64,000 bases of DNA, from positions 85,188,001 through 85,252,000 of the forward strand of contig OX597816.1 in assembly GCA_951406725.2 (NCBI GenBank), in the 5' to 3' direction. This stretch comes from Octopus vulgaris. Taxonomy: Eukaryota. Position numbers and translations under genes: made by a program. Below, in pieces: positions 1 to 13,030 of the stretch. The notes beneath the pieces were generated by a model that saw only the letters and a list, made by a program, of their open reading frames with translations, had not been told where the DNA came from and did no database searches. Within the stretch, counting starts at the first letter, position 1; every line of letters starts with the position of its first letter.

Positions 1-835
1 TATGTGTGTATATGTATGCATGTGCATATGATATGTGTGTGTAAGTGTATATATATGCATGCATGCGTACGGGTGTAAATACACAAATACGCAGGTCTAT
101 ATACCAATGAGTACACACACATATAGGTACATGTGTGCGAGCGTATATCGATATACACTTCTTTCTTTCTCTCTGTTTCCTCTTCCGACACTATCACATT
201 AGCCATTAGAATAAACACATAACTCTATTTATAGACACTTGACCACCTAACTCTATTTATAGAAACTTGACCACTCTTAGTATTCTTTCCTTCCAATTTG
301 TGGTTTACTACCAACTTTAGAAAACCCAACCTAATACTTTTTCTGTAACCATCCCTTAATGCCATTCTAACATATCACTTCATCTCACTCACCTCACACA
401 TATACATTACTTACATCCTAATCTCTTCCTACCATCTCGTACCCGTCTCCAATCCCCTGATAATATCTTGACCACGAACTAACACTCCTGTTTTCACATT
501 TTTTACACTTCCTTACACATTTTACATTTTCTCTCCTTGTTTACATTTTATTGTCCCCTTTCTTTCCTTCTTCTTTTCTCACCTTGACCTCTCTCTTCAT
601 TTTAACATACAAATCACTTCTCCTCTCTCTATCCACTTAATACTACCACTGCATTCTCAAATATCCATTCGCACCACAAGATCCCTTTGAATGAACAGCA
701 CATGGAATCAACGTCTCCACACTTTCAATTTGTGATGTCAAAATATGAGCTCATTTTGGAATTTACATGCCACGGAGAGGAAGCATTTTCTTGGATAATG
801 GAACTGCAACTATAACATCTATATACATATTTATT

Positions 836-1606
836 GGCTCTTTTCCTTTTGATGGACGGAATTTTCTAGTTAACTAAACAATTTAAAACTTCGTATACTG
901 GTAGAATGTGTCAAAAGAAAACATTATTGCAAACAAAATTGAAAACAAAATTGTAATTTGTAAGTTTAACGTAGTTTAATTCGAATTTTAACCAATGAAA
1001 TCCCAGCATTTGAGCTCAAATCATTTGCTGCGTCTAAAAGCTCACACACACACACGTCTTATTCAACCTTCTCTCTTCTGTCTTCTGTCTTCTGCATGTG
1101 CTAGATATAACAGCTTTATCTCTTAAATCGATGAATTTCGTCGCCCAATACAAATATTAACGATATTTTTTGAATATTTTCTTTATTTTTTTTTTTTACC
1201 GAAAAGGTTTCTCCCATGGTTTTGAAGGGCCAGAAACAACAAAAACAAAACAATAATATGCCTAAATCGGTCTAGAGAGTGCGCGTGGAGTGTGGGTCGT
1301 ATTGTAAAAATTTGCGAAATATTTTTTCATAAAAGGATGACCCAGCTTGTCGTAGGCTGTGATATAAATTGGGAAAAAAATCCTCGACACCAGTGCGTAA
1401 TTGGTACTTAATTTATAGACCCCGAAACGATGAAACATTGACCCCCTCCTTCTGGTTTATTTACCTTTTGTGTAAATTTGTTGCGGCAAGGGGCAAAACA
1501 CAGAGGGGACAAAGCATGAGATACAAAAGTATTAAGTCGATTACTATGTGCTTGGGCAAATGTATATGCATGTGTTTGAGAGAGAGAGAGAGAGAGAGAG
1601 ATAGTG

Positions 1607-1657
<51 letters not shown>

Positions 1658-1973
1658 AAGTGTACGTATGTATATATCTGAATATGTGTGTATGTGTGTG
1701 TATGCGGCGTGCGTCTGCTATGTTTCTTTATCATTATCGATAACGCAGCAAATGATTTGAGCTCAAATGCTGGGATTTCATTGGTTAAAATTCGAAGATG
1801 CTGGGATTTCATTGGTTAAAATTCGAAGAATTAAACTACGTTAAACTTACAAATTACAATTTTTTTTTCAATTTTGTTTACAATAATGTTTTCTTTTGAC
1901 ACATTCTATCAGTATACGAAGTTTCAAATTGTTTAGTTAACTAGAAAATTCCGTCCATCAAAAGGAAAAGATC
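836..1973. mobile_element. Non-autonomous long-TIR DNA transposon (Mutator/foldback-like MITE)
   Basis: ~195-bp terminal inverted repeats at 839-1033 and 1743-1971. The flanking direct repeat (C)ATATTTATT at 826/827-835 and 1973/1974-1982 gives a 9-10 bp TSD, typical of MULEs. The right TIR carries a 31-bp tandem duplication (1767-1797, 1798-1828). No transposase. Confidence 0.85.
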
Positions 1974-2092
1974 ATATTTATTTTTTATTTCTATATACAT
2001 TTTCCTATTTCCCAATACACTCCTTAATTACTTCCGATTCCAAAATATCTTTTTATATTGAATTCTAATATATCCCTTAACAATCTTACGTT

Positions 2093-2140
2093 GTCTCTGA
2101 TGAAGGGATATGTCTAATATCCCAGAAACAGATGTAACGC
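2093..2140 (+). ncRNA. Minimal type-I hammerhead ribozyme motif (PLE-type), helix I partly decayed
   Basis: GTCT-CTGATGA(2097-2103)-A-GGGATAT/ATATCCC helix II-A-GAAAC(2125-2129)-AGAT-GTA. Confidence 0.7.
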
Positions 2141-2356
2141 GAACTTTCACTTTATAAATATACTGAAAATTCCACAAAGCCTTGGGTTTGATCTCTCATT
2201 CTATTTATCATATACATGCTCAAACAAAACCCGCATTAGACTCCTCACTTGTATCATTATCGAACCGAGTGTTTAACTACGGACCTTCCAGAGCACTTCC
2301 ATAGCGTTTCCAGCCAATTTGAGTCTCCTGGATACCGATAACTCTCATTATATATT

Positions 2357-2430
2357 ATTCTATTCTTTTACTTGTTTCAGCCATTTGACTGCGGCTATGC
2401 TGGAGTACTGCCTTTAGTCGAGCAAATCGA
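2357..2430 (-). mobile_element. SINE family A, 3' fragment
   Basis: Reverse complement matches the tail of the full copy at 59212-59624 (...TCGACTAAAGGC...CCAGCAT.GCCGCAGTCAAATG.CTGAAACAAGTAAAAGA). Confidence 0.85.
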
Positions 2431-2645
2431 GCATATAATATATACATGCACATATATATATATATATATACACATATATATGCACACATACATATATACA
2501 TATATATGTGCATGTATCTATATACTTATACCTATCTGTCTATCTACCTATCTCTCTCACTCTCATCCTCTCCCTCTTTCGACACACACACACACAGACA
2601 CACACACGCACATGCACACACACGCGCATGCACACGCACACACAA

Positions 2646-2681
<36 letters not shown>

Positions 2682-3077
2682 GTATAGTAAATAGATTATT
2701 TTTCAATTATATTACAACTAAAAGTTTGTCTGTCTCCGTGTTTCTAGGCAAAGTTTCAGCTTCATCTATTTAAGATGACCGATGAAAGTGAACGAAGAAT
2801 AATGAAACTAATGAGTGGTGTTCGAATATACATTCGAAGTCTTCTAAGTATTTCAATGTTTTCTCTTATCTATCTGTGCTGTAGAAAAGTCTATTCGGAA
2901 ATATAAAGTACATTATTGGCAAATGAATTCTCTACCATTGGTCTACATATCTTGATATATGGTTTCCTACTAAACATTTCTTTCCTGTTAACAAAAGAAA
3001 GAAAAATCAACATCATGTGGAATGTGTTTAATGATATATCCCGAAATTCAGTTGACGAAACTCATAGTTACACACAG

Positions 3078-3131
<54 letters not shown>

Positions 3132-3227
3132 ATAAACGCGCACCCCCCACACACACGCAAACACAGACATGCACACACATTCATATACATACATATATAT
3201 CTTTTAAACAAATTAGCACTAAAAGAT

Positions 3228-3284
<57 letters not shown>

Positions 3285-3352
3285 GTGCACAGTATTCCAA
3301 TCTAATCTTGTTTTCTCACGCGTACACCGAGCTGTTTCACAGGCCGGCAATA

Positions 3353-3444
<92 letters not shown>

Positions 3445-3453
3445 GTACATATA

Positions 3454-3486
<33 letters not shown>

Positions 3487-3777
3487 TTATATATATATCT
3501 ATATAAATATATATATAGCGTCCCCTTGAATGTTGTTTAAGTAGGTAAAAGAAGAGTGTCCGTTCCTGGTGAACTTCAAGAAAGACGAATCGCTTCTGTC
3601 GTTCTCGTGAATCACTGCCGTGAAGATACTCGAATCACTCCGATATATATATTTTGTTTCTAATACAAGTATAGGAAAAGAGTTTATCGCTGACAAATTC
3701 ACCCTTCTACAGCGGATAACTTCTGTATGATACGCATAAAACGAAACGCACACAATATTCAAACAATTTGTATATAT

Positions 3778-3924
3778 AGGCGCAGGTGTGGCTGTAGGTT
3801 AGGTAGCTTGCTTCCCGACCACATGGTTCTGGGTTCAATCCCATTGTGCGGCACTTTGGGCAAGTGCCTTCTACTATAGCTTTGTGAGTGGATTTTGTAG
3901 ACGGAAACTGAAAGATGCCCGTCG

Positions 3925-3956
<32 letters not shown>

Positions 3957-4064
3957 TAAAAAATGGAGTTAACGCAGGTGTAATCAAATATCTTTTACTT
4001 TTGCTGCCCTGGTAACTATTTATTTTTTTTTCCGTGTTAATTGTTAACAAGGTAAAAATACACT

Positions 4065-4137
<73 letters not shown>

Positions 4138-4330
4138 GTGTGTGTGTGTCTGTATGTATGTGTGTATGTTTGTGTGTCTGTGTTTCGTTCCCCCACCATC
4201 GCTTGACCAATAGAAGAAGTACTAGGCTTACAAACAATAAGTTCTGGGCTCGATTTGTTCGACTAAAGGTGGTGCTCCAGCATGGCCACAATCAAATGAC
4301 TGAAACAAGAAAAAGAGTAAAAGAATAAAA
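3778..4330 (+). mobile_element. SINE family A (tRNA-derived), internally deleted, with a PLE terminal fragment nested in its internal microsatellite
   Basis: Head GGCGCAGG.GTGGCTGT... with a B-box-like GGTTCAATCCC. Body and tail align with 59212-59624. Nested 3957-4002 matches the PLE end at 16738-16776. Confidence 0.9.
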
Positions 4331-4358
4331 AAATGCATACATACATACATATATATAT

Positions 4359-4470
4359 TCTTTTATTTTTTACTTTTGTCTTTACTTGTTCCACTCATTC
4401 GACAGCTGTCACTTTTGCCGCTTGAGAAGCGATGTTGGGGTGACAAACACAGACACACAAACACACACAG
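4359..4470 (-). mobile_element. SINE family A, degenerate 3' fragment, tail-to-tail with the preceding copy
   Basis: Reverse complement contains TGTGTGTCTGTGTTTGTCACCCCAACATCGCTT and ACAAGTAAA. Confidence 0.7.
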
Positions 4471-4477
4471 ATACATA

Positions 4478-4527
<50 letters not shown>

Positions 4528-5001
4528 TACACAGTTCATTGATAAGATCCAAATGTAATAACGTATAGAATACACTCAGTAGTGCTCAAGAAATTTAAAA
4601 TTGAGCGTGTCTAGAAGTAAATGCAGGCAAAGCAAGTTAGTAAAATATATAAAATATATTTCAAATACGTAATATGCAAAAAATATGCATAAAAAGTACG
4701 AACCCAAATTTAATATCCCACTAAGCACTGCTATATCGACCAGCAACTTAGGCCCCACAATATCAACGCCCCTATATCTTCTCTCATACCTCTCTGCAAA
4801 ATATATACATACACACACACACACACACAATATATATATATATATATATATATCTATATATATATATTGCGCGTAGGTTGTCGTTCTCTGTGTACACAAC
4901 CGGAATATCTTATTTGATATTTATCAACCATAGGCGAGGACCACAGGTTTATCCAGCACCACGTTGTGTATATATCTTTTCAAGTACCTGATTTTATCTG
5001 A

Positions 5002-6022
<1,021 letters not shown>

Positions 6023-6042
6023 CATCATCATCATCATCATCA

Positions 6043-6079
<37 letters not shown>

Positions 6080-6081
6080 CA

Positions 6082-6171
<90 letters not shown>
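6023..6171. repeat. (TCA)n(TTA)n microsatellite
   Basis: Seen directly. Confidence 0.98.
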
Positions 6172-6174
<3 letters not shown>

Positions 6175-6382
6175 TAGTTTTATTTTTATAGCGTGCTTTC
6201 ACTTCACTACCGAGCGCAGCTCTGTGTGCCTTGGGTATGTGCTGTGATTTGTTGTGATGCTCTGATGGTTACTGTATGGAAAGTGTTCTGCGTAGGATGT
6301 GTGCAGTGCCTAGTAGTGCAATTTTCTGCATGTTATATGTGTTTGTAAGTCCTGGTGTTTTTGTTATGTATTTGTCTGAATA

Positions 6383-6385
<3 letters not shown>
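6172..6385 (-). mobile_element. R4/Dong-type LINE, 5'-truncated 3' end embedded in (TAA)n
   Basis: Minus translation KYSDKYITKTPGLTNTYNMQKIALLGTAHILRRTLSIQ* matches the R4/Dong C-terminal motif QKxALLGTAxILR. A short 3' UTR follows, with (TTA)n on both sides. Confidence 0.85.
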
Positions 6386-6463
<78 letters not shown>

Positions 6464-7081
6464 TCATCATTATGATATATGGAGGAGAGTGTGTATGTTT
6501 GTGTGTGAATGTATGTATGGATGTGGTATGTATGTATGTATGTATGTATGTATGTATGTATGTATGTATGTATGTATGTATGTATGTATGTAGATATCTA
6601 ATATAACTATGAGCGTAGTGTATGCATACATACATTCATACACACACACACACAAACATATATATATATATATATGTCCAAAATCACAGTGTAGGAGTAA
6701 GATGGAGTAGGAGAAAGAGTCGTATAAGTGAAGGGAGAGGAGAGAAAATGATAATTCAGTGAAGGAGAAATAGTGAGAGAAAAGTAGTAGCAATGGAGAA
6801 AGGAAGACGTGATAGATGAATATGGAAGGAAGGGGTGGGGAAATCAGTTTTTCAGTTCTGTATGAGTATATGTATTGAAAAGAAAGGTATGTCAATGTTT
6901 GCCTGTGTTGTGTGTGTGTGTGTGTGTGTGTGTGCAATGGAAATGGGATTGTGAACGTTCAACACTGAAAAGAAAAATCAAACAGCATTTCGACTCCGAG
7001 TATATGTGTGTATGTGTGTTCATGTACAAATGAAGTATGTGAATGTATGTGTGATTATTATGTACCTTATTTTATACCTTA

Positions 7082-7137
7082 TTTATATATAAAATACTAC
7101 AATTAACCGTCATTTTTGACGGCACAGGGTCGGCTAG
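7082..7137 (+). mobile_element. Minimal Helitron-like unit (56 bp)
   Basis: A|TTTATATATAAAA...CCGTCA-TTTT-TGACGG hairpin (7107-7122), an 11-nt spacer, then CTAG|T. This is the canonical Helitron 3' end with an A|T target. The 5' end is TT rather than TC. Confidence 0.6.
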
Positions 7138-7316
7138 TATGAATTAAAATGTAGCAGATACATTTGAAAAACTATTTGCTCCCTCTTTTTAAGAATGTGA
7201 AGAAATGGGTCAGCTCCTACTTTTTATATTTTAATTATACTTAAATGCTTGCTGCTATAATATTAATGCTTGTTTTTTTTAAAAATTATACTTAAATGCT
7301 TGTTATAATAATTATC

Positions 7317-7708
7317 ATAGGCGCAGGAGTGGCTGTGTGGTAAGTAACTGTGTGGTAAGTACCAACCACATGGTTTCGGGTTCAGTCCCACTGTGTGGCA
7401 CCTTCGGCAAAGTGTCTTCTATTATAGCTCCGGGCCGACCAAATCCTTGTGGGTGGATTTGGTAGACGGAAACTGAAAAAAGACCATCGTATATATGTAT
7501 AAGTATATATATGCGTTTGTGTGTCTGTGTTTGTCCCCGCAACATCGCTTAACAACCGATGCTGGTGTGTTAATATCCCCGTAATCTAGCAGATCGGTAA
7601 ATGAGACCGATAGAATAAGTACTAAGGCTTACAAAGAATAAGTCATGGAGTCGATTTGCTCCACTAAAAGGCGGTGCTCCATCATGGTCGCAGTCAAATG
7701 ACTGAAAC
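7317..7708 (+). mobile_element. SINE family A, near full length
   Basis: Aligns end to end with 59212-59624. The head has a tandem duplication of CTGTGTGGTAAGTA. Confidence 0.95.
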
Positions 7709-7900
7709 GAGCTGTCAGAAATGTTAGTACGCTGGGCGAATTCTTTAGCGGCATTTTGTCTGTCTTTACGTTCTGAGTTCAAATTCCGCCGAGGTCGAAT
7801 TTGCTTTTCATCTTTTCGGGATCGATAAATTAAATACCAGTTGCGAACTGGGGTCGATCTCCCAAATTTCGGACCTTGCGCCTATACTAGAAAAGAATAA
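7709..7900 (+). mobile_element. SINE family B (tRNA-derived, Nin/Deu-like domain), abutting the SINE A tail
   Basis: GAGCTGTCAGAAATGTTAG...GAGTTCAAATTCCGCCGAGGTCGA.TTTGC.TTTCATC.TTTCGGG.TCGATAAATTAA.TACCAG; aligns to 32909-33142. Confidence 0.9.
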
Positions 7901-8404
7901 TTATCTATCATGTATCCTTGCGTTTAATTTCTGAAGGCGGATGTCATTCGGATAATTTGAACAAGAAAGCTGTGCAATGCAATCTCGCAGAGAAGCCAAC
8001 AAATTCTTAAAAGAACTGCTTAATACTCTAATAGAACATTAGTACATTATTAGAACGTTAGACTGCATTTCTGAAAGTGACATACCATATTTCCGTACTT
8101 GAAAATGCAAAAGCGTTCAATATATTCACTGGGTAGCTGTAGAAATAAGATACTGTTATTGCAATAGTAAAGAAGATTGATATTAGATGCTCAATATCAT
8201 TGCCAACTCAGGAGTGTAAAAAGAATTTAAGAAATCTAAAAATTGTCACGTAAAGGTATTTAGATTATGGCTTTCTTTAGGTATAGATATATATACCGTG
8301 TGCTTGCACGTGTAGGCAGGTATTTATACAAAAGAGGAAGAATATTGTAAAGGCGATATATAACCTGAACTAATACAGTGTAAAATGATGTAGTTAGAAG
8401 CGAA

Positions 8405-8451
<47 letters not shown>

Positions 8452-8541
8452 AACTACACCTGTGATTGCTGTTCGTCTGTGTATTAAGTATATATTCGTA
8501 TGTTTATTTCCTACAAGTGTTTTTGAATTATATATATATGT

Positions 8542-8590
<49 letters not shown>

Positions 8591-8996
8591 AAATTAATAG
8601 TTATCGCCATACTTAAATGGCAGTCTTATAAATATAAGACTAAAGCTGTCGCTGATTAGCTCCAAGAGGCCACCGCCTCAAGCTAGCTATTTGACACACA
8701 ACCTGCGTCCATTATAAACTTTCGAACAGGGGAGGTCAGCCGCTTCATCCTGCCAGTCAGACAGCTGCAGACATGTTTCAGGGTATTTGCCCTTTATCAA
8801 TGCAGCGTACTCAGACCCAGCAGGTGTCGCTACTGACTGTCCCTGTTCGAAGAATCTATTTACGAAGGTTTATAATTGACGCAGGTTGTGTGTCAAATAG
8901 CTAGTTTGAGGCGGTGGCCTCTTCGAGCTAATCAGCGACAGCTTTAGTCTTATATTTATAAGACTGCCATATAAGTATGGCGATAACTATTAATTT
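8591..8996. repeat. Long foldback (inverted repeat) with a hammerhead motif at its apex; probably PLE-related
   Basis: 8591-8724 is the reverse complement of ~8863-8996 with about 5 mismatches. Weaker pairing continues inward to GCTGCA(8764-8769)/TGCAGC(8801-8806). Flanked by (CA)n/(TA)n. Confidence 0.95.
8764..8806 (-). ncRNA. Minimal type-I hammerhead ribozyme, U3-A8 core variant
   Basis: Minus strand: GCTGCA-TTGATAA-A-GGG-CAAATA-CCC-T-GAAAC-AT-GTC-TGCAGC. Helix I is 6 bp, the short helix III is palindromic (ACATGT), and the triplet is GUC. Confidence 0.75.
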
Positions 8997-9052
8997 CCAG
9001 TAACGCTGCCGTAATCTCCTTTAGAGAGACTTAGTAATTTTAATATTTCTAT

Positions 9053-9162
<110 letters not shown>

Positions 9163-9221
9163 TGCTTATACATATGTACATATATTATACATACATATAT
9201 ATACATGTAAAAGTATGTATA

Positions 9222-9284
<63 letters not shown>

Positions 9285-9324
9285 TTGTATGTATGTATTT
9301 ATATATAGGTATACATAATTTTGT

Positions 9325-9638
9325 GAAGGCACGTGGCTTAGTGGTTAGAACATTCGGCTCACGATTGTAAGGTCGTGAGTTCGATTCCTGGTGACCCATT
9401 GTGTCCTCGACACTTTATTTCACGTTGCTTCAGTCCACTCAGCTGGCAAAACTGAGTTGTACCTGTATTTCAAAGGACCGGCCTTGTCACACTTTGTGTC
9501 ACGCTGAATCTCCCTGAGAACTATGCTAGGGGTACGCGTGTCTGTGGATTGCTCAGTCACTTGGACGTTAATTTCATGAGTAGGCTGTTCCGTTAATAGT
9601 ATCAGCTGGGACCCTCGTCGTCGTAACCGATAGAGCGC
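9325..9638 (+). mobile_element. SINE family C (tRNA-derived), full length
   Basis: A box TGGCTTAGTGG, B box GAGTTCGATTCC, central CAGTCCACTCAGCTG...; homologous to 31130-31433 (-) and 36975-37175. Confidence 0.95.
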
Positions 9639-9820
9639 TCTCACATACTTTTATATGTATACTTATTAATATATATATTTTGTATGTACTTATGTAGGAC
9701 CAACGGAAACACACCTCGACAATGGATGACGCCACGTAGTCCAAACTTTGCCAGTGACCTACTCACACTTCAACACACTAATCGACATATGGTTATTAGT
9801 CACACAAAACACTATATATG

Positions 9821-11026
9821 TAGACAGACATGGCAGAAGTAAATAGACAACGTTATATACATTAAAATATATTTTATATTTGAAATTCTATATTCAAATT
9901 ATTTATTACTTATTATGATGCGAATATCTAATATTTAGTAGACATGCCCTTTGCATTTTCTTAATAAATGGCAGATGAATATTCTCTTGCGAAATTTCTT
10001 GCCACGTTTCATGCAATAATCTCAAAAGATCCGACTTTGATTTGATCTTTTGTTCTTTTTATTAAGTGCCCTCTCCATTATACCTCAAGGGTATTCAATA
10101 GGGTTCGTATCTGGTAACTTGCGTGGCCATGGAAGCTTTATAATGCCATTCTTTTCCAACCAATCTTAGGTATGTTTAGCCGTGTGACAAAGAGCCCAAT
10201 CTTCCATAAAGAAAGAGTCTTCTTTAATCATTTCACCATTGAAGAAGATTGGAAGGATTCCTTTCTGCAATATGGACACATATTTATCAGAGTTTATGGT
10301 TTCATCACAGTCCACTGCTCCAAATTGCTCCTCAGACAATCCCGGAATAGCTGCCTTGTTTCATTGTTGGCAGTAATCTTTTCATGTCAAATTCTCGGTC
10401 ACAGAGTCTCCAAACCCAGACTCGACCACTGTCAGAAAATACAGCAAATCAGGACTCAGCACAGAATATGACAGTGTTACAAAATGCTAGTGGCCACCAG
10501 ATCATCTCACTGGCCCAATGTTTTGTCCACTTGATGTAGGCTGGTGGAAGAAGTGGCTTCCTTCTTGCTATTCTGCCATAGTAGCCAAGTTTATGTAGAT
10601 AGCTGACAGCTATTCTGGGACAGGCATCAATTTGTTCTGCTATGTCAGAGACCTTGTAATGAGGATTATCCTCTACAATTCAATTAACAAAGCAAAGGTT
10701 CCCATCAGAGGGCGCTGGTCGAACCGGGCAAAATGATGTGGGCTACTTACGCTCTCTGGTTAATTGCACAATCACCTTATTAACTGTAGAAAGAGAGATG
10801 GCATGGTTTTCTGCGATTTTCCGCTAAGTCCACCTTCAGACTGGCACATAGTGCGACATCTTTGAAATTTGGACAGTTCCAAAGTTTCTTTTGTACGTGG
10901 CATAATTAAACAGTCACATATAGAACCTGAAACATAAAAAATGTCCATTAATAGAAAATATAAATCTTTTCAAGTTAAACATAAAACGATGTTTTATGGG
11001 GTATCTACTTTTATCACATCTGTGTA
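9821..11026 (-). mobile_element. Tc1-family DNA transposon relic (DD34E transposase pseudogene)
   Basis: Minus translation FMEDWALCHTAKHT*DWLEKNGIIKLPWPRKLPDTNPIEYP* (~10215-10085) matches the Tc1 motif FxQDxAPCHTAK...WPxxSPDLNPIENLW. Degenerate TA-flanked TIRs at 9823-9846 and 11001-11024. Confidence 0.85.
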
Positions 11027-11230
11027 TATATATATGTGTGCGTGTGTTTGTGAGTGTGTATGTAGTGTATGTAGTGTGTGTGTGTGTGTTAGAATGTATG
11101 TGTATACGTTGGTAAAAGGGTGTATGAGGCTTTCGAAATGCACGCTAGATGCAACCACATAAAGGTAAGAGACACAAACAAAGCAGCTTTGTACTTGTCA
11201 CTGCTGCCTCACTATTCTAGGATAACCAAT

Positions 11231-11231
<1 letters not shown>

Positions 11232-11295
<64 letters not shown>
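11232..11295. repeat. (GA)n microsatellite
   Basis: Seen directly. Confidence 0.98.
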
Positions 11296-11298
<3 letters not shown>

Positions 11299-12334
11299 CG
11301 GGAAATAAATCTGAAAGAAACATTGACCATAATATACTAAAAAACTGAACTGAAGGAGAATACTAAATTTAAAATAACAAATGGAAGTAGCTTTGTGTTA
11401 CGTATGTATGGCGATTCGAGTGTATGTCGTTGAGGTGCGCTCGTGTGTGGGCACATGTGCTTAGGTATACATGTCTAAATTCAAATATACATGTATATAT
11501 ATGTGTGTGTGTGTACTATATGTTTATAAGCATATACATATGTATACACATTTGTGTATTGATGTATATATTACATGTATGCCAGTATACATATTGTAAA
11601 TATATGTGTGTGTGTGTGTGTGTGCGTGTTTGTGTGAGTGTGTGTGCATGTGTGTGTATGCGCGTGTGAATGCATACGCGTCTATGTGCCGTTTGTGTGT
11701 GCACTCCCGTGTGTGCAATTTCTGTATAACGAGCGCTTAGCGTTCTGCGTTATCATATTAAAACTGGACCGTATGGCGTTAATTCCCGTTTAGACGTACA
11801 TTCTGCTGGCAAATTATTCTTGTGTACAGATTTCGTCATTATAAAAAAATACTTCGGGGCTTCATCATTTAAATGGCTAAGAAATCTCGTTCTTTACACA
11901 TACATGCTTTACTCATACGGATTTGTGTCTCTTAACTGAAATGAAACTTATTTATAATCGGGAACATCATTGCTTTTCTTCCGAGCAACTAGTTTGGGAT
12001 ATACGCTGAAGCGTAGTATTCTTGGATACTAACTTAAACGATGCACATCAGCATATTAAAGTATCAAAACAATGATCTACAATCGGATAATCATGAATCT
12101 ATTGAAATTACGAGAAGATATTAGTGTGTCCCACCCGTTACTTTCACATAATATTAGCATTGCAAATTGCATACAGTAGATAAGAGTCTTCATGAAGCTT
12201 TCTATAAAAATAACAGTATAAATGACTTCATAAGACAAGAGCAATATATATCATAATATATATACCGAACAAAAATATTGAAACTAGGAAACAGACTAAA
12301 AACCTTAGTTAATAGAGAAGGGTCTATCGCGAAA

Positions 12335-12513
12335 AGCCTGGTTGGAGACCCAAAACTCCGAGTTCTTTTACAGAGGCTTATAAAACATGAAGCACCGCCG
12401 TAACAAGTGTGTGAATCTGAGAGGAGAATATGTTGAATAGAATCATGGTTAACTTATCCTCCTGTAGTTTCTTTTACCCAAAAGCGAGGGACATTTTAGC
12501 ATCATTTCGGATA
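12335..12513 (+). mobile_element. mariner 3' fragment
   Basis: WLETQNSEFFYRGL*NMKHRRNKCVNLRGEYVE* (12339-12440) is a mariner C-terminus, followed by a TIR-like end. Confidence 0.75.
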
Positions 12514-12596
12514 GTGGTAATTCGACGTATGATTAGCAAGTAAGAAAACTTGTTTTTTTTTTTATATTTCTTAATATCACCAATAACTGTATGGTA

Positions 12597-13030
12597 GTGA
12601 GGTAGCAGAATCGTAAGCACGCTCGGTAAAATGCTTAGCGGAATTTCGCCCAGCTTTACGTTATAAGTTCAAATCCCGACGTCATCGACTTTATATTTCC
12701 TATTTTCGGAGTCGACAAAATATGTACCAGTTGAGTACTGAGGTCAATATTATCAACTTACCACCTCCCCCCAAAATGCTGGCCTTGTGCAACAATTTAA
12801 ACCGATATTAGCGTGAGGCGGCGAGCTAGCAGAATCATTAGCACGCCGGGCAAAATGCTTACCGGCATTTCGACCGTTTTTACGTTGTGTGTTAAACTTT
12901 CGCTGAGGTCAATTTTACATTTCCTCATCTCGGTTCGATTAAATAGACACCAATTGATCTTGGTGGTCGACGTAATCAATTTACACATTCCACGCAACGT
13001 TGTTGGACTTGTGCCGAAATTTGAAATCAA
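12597..13030 (+). mobile_element. Two tandem degenerate SINE family B copies (12597-12803, 12815-13030), short-tail variant
   Basis: Both have GCAGAATC.T.AGCACGC.GG.AAAATGCTTA heads and end in GG.CTTGTGC..AATTT.AAA. Confidence 0.85.

Larger units (their letters stand above)
160..2350 (+). mobile_element. Penelope-like element 3' remnant (ORF end, pyrimidine-rich 3' UTR, hammerhead), interrupted by a MITE at 836-1973
   Basis: The motif ...CCATTAGAATAAACACATAA near 200-222 resembles the PLE C-terminal 'PLGIN-stop'. A long CT-rich tract follows, and a hammerhead motif at 2093-2140 lies after the MITE. Confidence 0.45.

Noticed and set aside
220-275. 28-bp tandem duplication (and a ~70-bp one at 45060-45190) as a CRISPR-like or regulatory array
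   Set aside because: Two adjacent units without spacers, consistent with ordinary slippage in eukaryotic repeat DNA.
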